Assembly: GCA_945916045.1 (NCBI GenBank)
Contig: CAMEGH010000001.1
Coordinates: 1 to 33,768 of the forward strand
Source of the DNA: an uncultured Candidatus Saccharibacteria bacterium
GTDB taxonomy: Bacteria; Patescibacteriota; Saccharimonadia; Saccharimonadales; Saccharimonadaceae
DNA length: 33,768 bases
Direction of reading: 5' to 3'
The translations under genes and the position numbers were made by a program. Shown here piece after piece: positions 7,557 through 14,608 of this stretch (within the stretch, counting starts at the first letter, position 1; the number at the start of each line of letters is the position of its first letter). The notes below the pieces were generated by a model that was given only the letters and a program-made list of their open reading frames with translations, made no database searches and was not told the origin of the DNA.

Positions 7557-9563
7557 TTACGGGGTAGGGGGTCGTTCTTCGGCGGAGGGTTCGCTGGGTT
7601 CTTCGTGTTGAATGTGGAACGTATCGGCCGGCTCGGCGTAGGATAGTTCTTCTGGTTGTTGTGGTGCTTCTGGCTCTACCTCAGCTGGCATTGTCTCTGT
7701 GTAGTCATCAGCAGGTGGTGTATCAGCTGGTTGCTGCGGCGTTTCGTACGCATTTGTATCGACAGCTTGCGGCTGCGCTTCGTATTCTACACCAGTAGCT
7801 TGCTGCGGATAGTCGTAGGTTGCGGCAGCAGGTTCGTTTGGCTGTTCGGCGGGTGTGGCAGTGGGTGCGTATTGGTCGTACGTAGGCTGCTCGTAGGCTG
7901 TTTGTGCGGCTGCCTCTGGCGTTTCGGCTTGATCGTACTCTGTTTGAGGCTGCTCTGGTGTTGGCGATTGTACGTACGATTGATTGTACGGTGTGTCTTG
8001 TGGTGCGAATTGCTGTTGCTCATCGGCTGCAGGAGTCGGCTGATCCCAGGCGGCAGCCGCGGCGGCTTGCTCGGGGGAGTAGGTGGTATTTTCAACTGCC
8101 GTCGCATCGTACTCGGTTGGCGCTGGCAGCACCGAAGGCGTTTCGGCCGCTGGGGGCGTGTTGTCATCTTCAATAACCACCGCATCGTAACCAAAGCTAT
8201 TCTGCGTTTTTTGCTTTTTGCGCCGCACAAGGAAAATCAGCAACCACAGCAAGCCAAGCAGGCCGACCGTGCCAACAATTCCGCCAATAATCCACAGCGT
8301 CGTATTATTTGACTCCGGTGTTTCAATCATATTGAGGGTAAATTCTTGCGTATCCGGCACGCCGCCGCTTTCAAATTCAAGCGCTTCAATAGTAAGCTCT
8401 TCCTCGGTGGTCATGTCGTCTTTTTCGATCACGATAGTATAGGTGCCCTCGGCAAGTTCGAATGAACCGACGCCGTTTTCGTCAGTTTCGTACGAACCGT
8501 CGTGGTCATGAAGCGTGATGGTGGCGCCTTCAAGCGGCTGTTCGTTGTGCTGCACCGTAAGGGTGACTGGGTATCCTTTTGTCGTGAACGAACCGGTATA
8601 CTCATCGTCATACTCATTGTCGCCGGTTTTGTCGGCTGAAACGGCGTAATGGTAGGTGACGCCAGGGCGTAGCGAATCAAGCTCAACGGTATATACCGGG
8701 AAGCTATCGTCGTCATCTTCATCCGCATTATCTTTTGTGACGTCTACTTCGTTTGAAAGGTCGTCTTCTGACGTTCCGTAGTGGAACGTACTGGTAGCAT
8801 TGTGGTTTGTTTCCCACGAAAGTTCGGCCGTGTCGTACAGTAATGTTGTACGAATATTACTAATGGTAAGTTCCGGATCAGCAGCGTCAAGTTCTTCTTC
8901 TGCTTCTATCTCTTCGACCGGTTCTTCCTTTTCTTCAGGAGGTGCTGGCGCAGGCGTCGGTGCAGGGGTCGGCTGCGGTCGTGGAGCCGGCGCTGGTGTT
9001 GGCGCTGGCCGCGGCGGTGGCGGAGGTGGTGTTGGCGTTGGTGGCGGAGTTGGCCGCGGAGGAGGTGGAGGATTGTTGATGTTGAATGTCCCCGGACTTG
9101 AAGCTGCCGGGCTGCCAACGCCTAATATACCCGTGCCAACGTGTCCTGTAGGGGTGACTACTGCGCGACCTGCTTTGACTGCACGGAACGTTATAGTAAA
9201 GGCAAGTTTGTTCGAGCCTCGTATGCCAAGCCTTGCTGCTTCGTATTCAATCACTCCTGGTCGAGGATTCCGTAGTGTGGAAATATTCCCAGGGGAATTG
9301 CTCCCGATATCAGAGTTTTCTGCCGAAAGACTTTGGATGGACAGTAGCGCAGGGTCGTAGGAGACTTGTATCTTGCTGCGTCGACCATATCCATTTATGT
9401 CTGCTCGCACGTGCGCCTCAAATGTAGTGCCTGGCGTCATGGTGCGTGTTGCTGGTGTAATAAAAAGCCGCCCGCCACTTGACTGCGCCTGTACCGGAAC
9501 AGAGAAATACAAAAACGTTACAAGCGCGACGACAAACGGTAGGAGTAGTTTTATATATTTCAT
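7557..9563 (-). CDS. type-I membrane surface protein, paralog B (same architecture as 5559-7502)
   Basis: Collinear with paralog A, sharing blocks ISNIRT.LLYD.AELSWETNH, GSFTTKGYPV, EGTYTI and ALEFE.GGVPDTQEFT.NM. Signal peptide MKYIKLLLPFVVALVTFLYFSVPVQAQ. Confidence 0.7.
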   Translation of the reverse strand: MKYIKLLLPFVVALVTFLYFSVPVQAQSSGGRLFITPATRTMTPGTTFEAHVRADINGYGRRSKIQVSYDPALLSIQSLSAENSDIGSNSPGNISTLRNPRPGVIEYEAARLGIRGSNKLAFTITFRAVKAGRAVVTPTGHVGTGILGVGSPAASSPGTFNINNPPPPPRPTPPPTPTPPPPPPRPAPTPAPAPRPQPTPAPTPAPAPPEEKEEPVEEIEAEEELDAADPELTISNIRTTLLYDTAELSWETNHNATSTFHYGTSEDDLSNEVDVTKDNADEDDDDSFPVYTVELDSLRPGVTYHYAVSADKTGDNEYDDEYTGSFTTKGYPVTLTVQHNEQPLEGATITLHDHDGSYETDENGVGSFELAEGTYTIVIEKDDMTTEEELTIEALEFESGGVPDTQEFTLNMIETPESNNTTLWIIGGIVGTVGLLGLLWLLIFLVRRKKQKTQNSFGYDAVVIEDDNTPPAAETPSVLPAPTEYDATAVENTTYSPEQAAAAAAWDQPTPAADEQQQFAPQDTPYNQSYVQSPTPEQPQTEYDQAETPEAAAQTAYEQPTYDQYAPTATPAEQPNEPAAATYDYPQQATGVEYEAQPQAVDTNAYETPQQPADTPPADDYTETMPAEVEPEAPQQPEELSYAEPADTFHIQHEEPSEPSAEERPPTP

Positions 9564-9617
9564 GGTATTTTTGTATCTTTTTTAGAGTACTTTCAGTATA
9601 GCATAAGCGCCGGCGAA

Positions 9618-9650
9618 ATAACAAAAATCACCCAAAAATATGAGTGATTT
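9618..9650 (-). terminator. putative terminator downstream of tRNA-Asp
   Basis: 7-bp stem aaatcac/gtgattt (9625-9631 / 9644-9650) with a 12-nt loop, followed on the minus strand by a T-rich run. Confidence 0.45.
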
Positions 9651-9668
9651 TATAGTAAAATTCTTACG

Positions 9669-9746
9669 TGGCGCGCCCGACCGGATTCGAACCGGCGATC
9701 TCCTCCGTGACAGGGAGGCGTGATAGACCAACTTCACTACGAGCGC
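9669..9746 (-). tRNA. tRNA-Asp(GTC)
   Basis: Reverse complement folds as GCGCTCG-TA-GTGA..TCAC-G-CCTCC-ctGTCac-GGAGG-AGATC-GCCGG-TTCGAAT-CCGGT-CGGGCGC-G-CCA. Confidence 0.9.
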
Positions 9747-9844
9747 AAACTGTTATTTCGTAAAGAACTCCTAAGATAATAGCAAATATAATCAACCCTT
9801 GCAAGTGGCAATTCTATGCTATAATAAAATACGTGAAAGAGCGT

Positions 9845-9920
9845 GCCGTTATAGCTCAGTTGGTAGAGCGGCGCTTTCGTAAAGCGTAGGTCTCCGGTTC
9901 AAATCCGGATAACGGCTCCA
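9845..9920 (+). tRNA. tRNA-Thr(CGT)
   Basis: GCCGTTA-TA-GCTC..GAGC-G-GCGCT-ttCGTaa-AGCGT-AGGTC-TCCGG-TTCAAAT-CCGGA-TAACGGC-T-CCA. The discriminator is U73. Confidence 0.9.
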
Positions 9921-9944
9921 CGCAAAATACACGAACTTATTAGT

Positions 9945-10322
9945 ATGAAAATAGCAATGTATCCCGCAATTCAGGCAATTTTGAAGGACCGCGTGGCGCT
10001 CGCCGGGCTGGTCGCGTTGCTGTTGGCGAGTTTGGCCGCAGCAATCATTTTGGCGTCGCGCATTCAGCCAAGCGAACTACAGGTGAGTGTGCAATATACG
10101 TCGTTTGGCGGCGAAAATATTTACCGTTCGCAGTGGTTTTACATAGCGGCATTTGCGGCGTTTGGCGTGATGATGGCGCTGCTACATAGCGCAATTTTTG
10201 TAAAAATATATTCGCTTAAGGGTCGCGACATCGCGCTGCTTTTTGGCGCGGCATCGGTGGCTGTTTTGGTGATTGCGGTGCCATTATTGTATCGAATTCT
10301 TGGGGTCGCGTCGTTGACGTAA
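9945..10322 (+). CDS. small integral membrane protein (hypothetical)
   Basis: 125 aa with about 4 hydrophobic helices. Lies directly upstream of, and is probably co-transcribed with, the GT2 gene. Confidence 0.6.
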   Translation: MKIAMYPAIQAILKDRVALAGLVALLLASLAAAIILASRIQPSELQVSVQYTSFGGENIYRSQWFYIAAFAAFGVMMALLHSAIFVKIYSLKGRDIALLFGAASVAVLVIAVPLLYRILGVASLT

Positions 10323-10344
10323 AGGTGTAGAACATAGTTAATTT

Positions 10345-12051
10345 ATGAGTCAATCAATCGAAATTCCACTCGGCAAGCGAACCAAGCAGTATCGCTTTTT
10401 TGAAATGTTACCGGGGATATTGAGCTACGGCATGTTACTGCTTTTGCCAATTTTGGCGTGGTGGAACGCGATTGCTGCAAGCGTGTATTTGCTGCTGTTT
10501 ATTTTTACTATGTTGGTGCGCGCGGTGGCGATTGGGTTTCACACGATTCGTGGCTACAAACGTTTGGTGGCGGCGCAAAAAGTTGATTGGTCGGATCGTT
10601 TGAACGATTTGGCAGATCCATCAGCCGCGTTATCGCGCTGGAAAGATGTCGATCCGCAAGCGTTTGGCAAAAAATACCACGTGCGCAATTTGACTACTGC
10701 AGCCGCTCACCCAGAAAATTTCCCAAAACCTGCCGAGCTACGCCACATTGTTATTATGGCGGCGTATAACGAAAGCCGCGAAGTAATCGAGCCGACCATT
10801 AAATCGCTTTTGGCAACCACATTGCCAAACGAGCAGCTTGTGGTGGTGTTTGCCTACGAAGAGCGCGGCGGCAAAGATATCGCCAAAACCGCGCAGTATT
10901 TGGCGGATACGTACGGCAGCAAATTTGGCGGATTTTACCCTGTTATGCACCCTAAAGACATGCCAAATGAAGTGGTCGGAAAAGGTGGAAATATTTCGTA
11001 CGCCGGCGAGCAAATCGCCAAAATTTTGCGCGAACAGGGCGAAGATTTTAGCAAATATATCGTGACCTCGCTCGACGCTGACAACCGTCCGCATCCGGCA
11101 TATTTTGATTACGTTTCGTACGAATATATCGTGCACGAAAACCGTAAACACTTGTCGTATCAGCCAATTTCGCTGTTTATGAACAATATTTGGGACGTGC
11201 CGGCGCCAATGCGCGTGATTGCAACGGGTAATTCGTTTTGGAATATTATTAGCGCAGTGCGGCCGGATCGATTGCGCAATTTTGCGTCGCACTCGCAGCC
11301 GCTTGATGCGCTGGCAGAAATGGATTTTTGGAGCCGCCGTACAATTGTTGAAGATGGCCACCAATATTGGCGCAGCTATTTCCACTTTAAAGGCGATTAC
11401 GCTGTGGCGCCGGTGTACGTGCCGATTTATCAAGACGCCGTGTTGTCGGAAACGTACGGCAAAACCTTGGTCGCGCAGTTTAAACAATTGCGTCGCTGGG
11501 CGTACGGCGCATCAGACGTAGCGTACGTGGCGAGCCATATTTTTACCAAAAAGCGCCAAGTGCCGCTGGTAGAATCGCTCGTGAAGTTTTGGGATTTGCT
11601 CGAAGGGCACGTGACACTCGGGATTATGGCGATTTTCATCACGTTTGGCGGGTGGATCCCGCTGCTTATTAACCCCGAATCTGCCCGCAGTATTAGCGCG
11701 CATCAATTGCCAGTAGTGGTGAGCGTGCTGATGCAAGTGGCGATGATCGGGTTGTTGATTTCGATCTTTCTTTCGTTCAAATCGCTGCCTGCGCGCCCGG
11801 AACGCTACAAACGCTCGCGTAATATTTTGATGTTGTTGCAGTGGGTGTTGATGCCGGTGACCTCTGTGGTATACAGCGCGGCTTCGGCGCTCAACGCGCA
11901 AGGCCATTTGCTGTTTGGTAAATATCTCGACAAATTTGACGTTACTGAAAAAGCCACCGTCAAAGAGATTAAACAGGCGCAAAAAGCCAAGGCTAAGCAG
12001 CGTCGTTGGTGGCAGTGGTGGAAGGGCGGCCGCGGCGGCGCACAGAAGTAA
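10345..12051 (+). CDS. membrane-embedded family-2 glycosyltransferase (processive, cellulose/chitin-synthase-like)
   Basis: N- and C-terminal TM bundles flank a GT-A domain with IVIMAAYNES, SLDADNRP (DxD), VEDGHQY and FKQLRRWAYG (Q(Q/R)xRW). Confidence 0.75.
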   Translation: MSQSIEIPLGKRTKQYRFFEMLPGILSYGMLLLLPILAWWNAIAASVYLLLFIFTMLVRAVAIGFHTIRGYKRLVAAQKVDWSDRLNDLADPSAALSRWKDVDPQAFGKKYHVRNLTTAAAHPENFPKPAELRHIVIMAAYNESREVIEPTIKSLLATTLPNEQLVVVFAYEERGGKDIAKTAQYLADTYGSKFGGFYPVMHPKDMPNEVVGKGGNISYAGEQIAKILREQGEDFSKYIVTSLDADNRPHPAYFDYVSYEYIVHENRKHLSYQPISLFMNNIWDVPAPMRVIATGNSFWNIISAVRPDRLRNFASHSQPLDALAEMDFWSRRTIVEDGHQYWRSYFHFKGDYAVAPVYVPIYQDAVLSETYGKTLVAQFKQLRRWAYGASDVAYVASHIFTKKRQVPLVESLVKFWDLLEGHVTLGIMAIFITFGGWIPLLINPESARSISAHQLPVVVSVLMQVAMIGLLISIFLSFKSLPARPERYKRSRNILMLLQWVLMPVTSVVYSAASALNAQGHLLFGKYLDKFDVTEKATVKEIKQAQKAKAKQRRWWQWWKGGRGGAQK

Positions 12052-12520
12052 TCAGGCCGTGCTGCATGGCGTATTGCATGCTGGTGAGTTCGTCGAACCG
12101 CTTTAACACGGCGTGTGTGGTGTGTAAAATCTCTTGCGCCGAGACCCGAAGATGAATCGGGTCTTTTTTGTTGGGCGTGCTGTTTTTGGCGGCGATTGTT
12201 AGGAGCTTGATTTCGACGGTCGATGCCAGCGAAAAGCTGTCGTATTCGGCTTGTTGTTGGTTGTGCTGGGCGGCGCGCGCAATGCTCAGGGTCAGCTTGC
12301 CGATGTTAAAGGTTTCTTCGGTGGGTTTGGTGTGTTTGGCGCCGGTCCCAACTAGGCGGCGCCTGGTAACGATCAAATCGTCGCTGGCGGGGCGTTCGTA
12401 GGTGGTAAAAATCGTTTCACACTGCGGGCATTGGCGCCGGCGCCACACTTGTGGCTGCTTTTTGTGCGGGCGCGAATTGGCGACGCGGGTTTTCGTGTGG
12501 AAACAATATATACAAATCAT
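11993..12520 (-). CDS. nrdR: NrdR-like transcriptional repressor (zinc ribbon + ATP-cone-like)
   Basis: MICIYCFHTKTRVANSR...RRRQCPQCETIFTTYERP is the NrdR CxxC..CxxC ribbon. The C-terminal half is divergent and extended. Its 3' end overlaps the GT2 gene by 59 nt. Confidence 0.75.
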   Translation of the reverse strand: MICIYCFHTKTRVANSRPHKKQPQVWRRRQCPQCETIFTTYERPASDDLIVTRRRLVGTGAKHTKPTEETFNIGKLTLSIARAAQHNQQQAEYDSFSLASTVEIKLLTIAAKNSTPNKKDPIHLRVSAQEILHTTHAVLKRFDELTSMQYAMQHGLITSVRRRGRPSTTATNDAA

Positions 12521-12535
12521 GTCTATATATTGACA
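12520..12535. promoter_or_regulatory. NrdR-box-like palindrome overlapping the nrdR start and its -10 element
   Basis: tgtCtAtATaTtGaca is a 7/8 palindrome. On the minus strand its central 10 nt, CaAtATaTaG, fit the published NrdR box core CwAtATaTwG. Confidence 0.4.
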
Positions 12536-12671
12536 TAAAGCTATTAAAAATACCAGTGGAAAAGCTTGTGGTTTTTGTGGAAAGGGTAGTAACGCGCCCG
12601 TACGTTGCGGTAAGGTGCACCTCCTGACTAGTGTTTTGGCGGCTAAAAATGGCGGTTTGGCACCGTAATTC

Positions 12672-12711
12672 CCTAAAGAAAAACCACCAGGCAGAAAGGG
12701 GAACCTGGTGG
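12672..12711 (-). terminator. intrinsic terminator of the small ORF transcript
   Basis: 8-bp stem ccaccagg/cctggtgg (12684-12691 / 12704-12711), followed on the minus strand by TTTTTCTTT. Confidence 0.7.
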
Positions 12712-12737
12712 AAAAGCTCGTTTAAATATGAACGCAG

Positions 12738-12854
12738 CTATTTTTTGTATTGTTCACGAACTTCGGCAATCGACATGTCGTATTCGAATGTCAGTTGAAA
12801 GCGCTCTAGTTCGGAAGGCTTCACTGTTTGTTTTACGTGTTTTGTATCAGCCAT
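12738..12854 (-). CDS. 38-aa small protein (hypothetical)
   Basis: ATG..TAG reads MADTKHVKQTVKPSELERFQLTFEYDMSIAEVREQYKK. It is below the ORF-track cutoff. It is bracketed by a consensus promoter 6 nt upstream and a terminator 26 nt downstream. Confidence 0.4.
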   Translation of the reverse strand: MADTKHVKQTVKPSELERFQLTFEYDMSIAEVREQYKK

Positions 12855-12860
12855 GTTTCT

Positions 12861-12889
12861 AATATAGCATAAGCATTATAAAATGTCAA
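12861..12889 (-). promoter_or_regulatory. sigma70-type promoter (TTGACA-17-TATATT), predicted leaderless
   Basis: Minus strand reads ttgaca-ttttataatgcttatgc-tatatt-agaaac-ATG. Confidence 0.6.
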
Positions 12890-12999
12890 CAGCTTTGTTT
12901 TGCAAATTTATATCACAATGTGCATAAACAGAGGTAAAATTGCATTATTTTTTTGTGGAAAACTTTTTGCGCAAAATGTGGAATTACACAAAAATTGGC

Positions 13000-13036
13000 G
13001 CGAAAAGGAAAAGCACCCGCTCGGGGGAGGGGTGCT
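13000..13036 (-). terminator. intrinsic terminator after the 13055-13507 gene
   Basis: Stem agcaccc/gggtgct (13012-13018 / 13030-13036), followed on the minus strand by TTTTCCTTTT. Confidence 0.7.
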
Positions 13037-13054
13037 GTTCACGAGTCGTTCCGG

Positions 13055-13507
13055 TTAGGTGGAATCGTTGGGCCGTTGTGCATGGTGGCCGGCTGTGGCC
13101 CGGGTGTCACTGGGCGCAGTGGTCGCATGCGTTGCCGTAGCGTTGATGATGCGGTGCGCTTCGGTCTCGCGGTACACGACAAGGTGGCAAAGCACCGGTA
13201 GCAAAGTGCCAACAGCGAAGAGCGTGGCAACAATCAGGCCGAAGTGATCGACGCTGATCATGCCGGAAAGCAGGCCGCTCAAGGCTATGAGCGCAAATGC
13301 ACCTGCCGACAGGCCGACGGCAATGACGATTCTTACGAAATCGTCGTACCAATCTTGCCGATATGCGCTCACCTTATCTTCGTCGGTGGCGTCGGCAGGG
13401 AGCAGCGCCTGTCTGCTGGGCGCTCCGCTAAAAAGCCAGTCGTAGATAAAAGCAGCGGCCAGGATCAGGCCGACACTGTAAAGAACGAGCGTCTCGAGTA
13501 TGGACAT
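13055..13507 (-). CDS. integral membrane protein (hypothetical)
   Basis: Start set at MSILETLVLYSVG, preceded by AGGAGG. The longer ORF would run through tRNA-Val. 3-4 TM helices and a Thr/Ala-rich C-terminus. Confidence 0.65.
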   Translation of the reverse strand: MSILETLVLYSVGLILAAAFIYDWLFSGAPSRQALLPADATDEDKVSAYRQDWYDDFVRIVIAVGLSAGAFALIALSGLLSGMISVDHFGLIVATLFAVGTLLPVLCHLVVYRETEAHRIINATATHATTAPSDTRATAGHHAQRPNDST

Positions 13508-13666
13508 GGTAAGCCTCCTAATTGGAAAGGAACGGTGAACAGTAGTATAATAGCATATTTTGTGAATATCGCAAAGCAGAAGCAATATAGCAACAGAGTT
13601 GAGAAGTGTAATAGTGCGATTTTTGTACAAGAAAAAAAAGACTGCCACGAAGCAATCTTCTTTATT

Positions 13667-13743
13667 TGGTGGACGATAGAGGACTCGAACCTCTGACCCC
13701 CACAACGTCAATGTGGTGCTCTAGCCAACTGAGCTAATCGTCC
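13667..13743 (-). tRNA. tRNA-Val(GAC)
   Basis: Reverse complement folds as GGACGAT-TA-GCTC..GAGC-A-CCACA-ttGACgt-TGTGG-GGGTC-AGAGG-TTCGAGT-CCTCT-ATCGTCC-A-CCA. Confidence 0.9.
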
Positions 13744-13851
13744 ATGGCTTCCGGGCGTATCATTCATGAACCGTCCGTAACTTCATTAATAGTAGCAAAC
13801 AGGGGCGAAGATTGCAACGGGCGCGCCGTAAACGTGTGCTATACTCAAACC

Positions 13852-14331
13852 ATGAAAACCCTCATTCTCTACACCACCAAACACGGCTTTACGCAGCAGT
13901 GCGTTGAATATCTTGCGCAGCAGTTGCCACAAGGGGTGACAGCGGTGGATATTGGAAAAGATACCGATGTTGATGTTGCTAAATTCGACCAAGTGATTAT
14001 GGGTGGTTCGGTGTACATGATGAAGATGAGTCGCCAGTTGAAGCAGTTTGCTCGGCAAAATGCGGCTGTTTTGGCGCAAAAACAGTTGGCGTTGTTTGTT
14101 TGCTGTATGACGCCGGATTCGGCGGATAGTTTTATGCAGGAATGCTTCCCGCAAGAAGTGTATGAGGCGGCAAAGCTACGAGTGAATTTTGGCGGCGCGC
14201 TTAACGCTGAAAAGTTAAACTTGCTAGAACGAACGGTAACGGGCGTGGCCACCGCTGGGCGCAGCGATAAGGCGCAGGGTGTATTGTGGGAAAATGTTGA
14301 TGCGGTGGTTGCGTTGATGAGCGTGGAGTAG
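13852..14331 (+). CDS. flavodoxin-domain protein (HemG/flavodoxin-like)
   Basis: MKTLILYTTKHGFTQQCVEYLA...VIMGGSVYMMK...LALFVCC matches short flavodoxin-like proteins. The start lies 6 nt downstream of the extended -10 TGcTATACT. Confidence 0.7.
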   Translation: MKTLILYTTKHGFTQQCVEYLAQQLPQGVTAVDIGKDTDVDVAKFDQVIMGGSVYMMKMSRQLKQFARQNAAVLAQKQLALFVCCMTPDSADSFMQECFPQEVYEAAKLRVNFGGALNAEKLNLLERTVTGVATAGRSDKAQGVLWENVDAVVALMSVE

Positions 14332-14344
14332 CGAGGTATCAACT

Positions 14345-14374
14345 AAAACGCCCAGAGGAGGGGCGTTTTCATTT
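14345..14374 (+). terminator. intrinsic terminator after the flavodoxin gene
   Basis: Stem aaaacgccc/gggcgtttt with a 7-nt loop. Confidence 0.8.
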
Positions 14375-14399
14375 GCAAAAAACAGGGGTAATGCGCTAA

Positions 14400-14578
14400 A
14401 ATAAAACCAAGCAACGACGCGGCCTAACCATCCGCCGAGCTTCGCCAGGCGTAGGAGTGTGCGATAACACTGCTTCACAAGTAAAAGTCCGGTGGAACCG
14501 TCTGCAAAACACAGACCCGAGACATGCGATAAATGGATTGAATATATATTAAATCTATTCGTCGCATGTTTTTCTTTT
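14400..14578 (+). promoter_or_regulatory. T-box-like leader / transcription attenuator of thrS
   Basis: AAAAGUCCGGUGGAACCGUC (14483-14502) resembles the T-box sequence AAnnAGGGUGGUACCGCG. A 17-position hairpin (14523-14539 / 14552-14568; 1 mismatch, 2 GU) plus TTTTTCTTTT ends about 30 nt before the thrS ATG. Stem I and the specifier loop were not resolved. Confidence 0.45.
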
Positions 14579-14608
14579 ATCTATTACACTAATCAAAAGG
14601 AGCAATCT

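Noticed and set aside
5633-9360. Many antisense or alternative-frame ORFs within the two surface-protein genes, for example 6476-7075, 6769-7203, 7656-8312, 7787-8230 and 8800-9360.
   Set aside because: They are artefacts of GC-rich, stop-poor Pro/Gly/Arg low-complexity repeats. Their translations are R/G/C/W-rich nonsense, and they overlap well-supported domain-containing genes.
10738-11982. Minus-strand ORFs 10738-11487 (249 aa) and 11512-11982 (156 aa).
   Set aside because: They are antisense to the GT2 gene, which has DxD and QxxRW motifs. They are His/Arg/Phe-rich with no start signals.
12690-12720. Cobalamin-riboswitch-like words (AAAGGGGAACCTGGTGGAAAAGC).
   Set aside because: The segment is simply the stem-loop of a minus-strand intrinsic terminator following the 38-aa ORF. 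No B12 box (GCCACTG) or downstream plus-strand gene is present.
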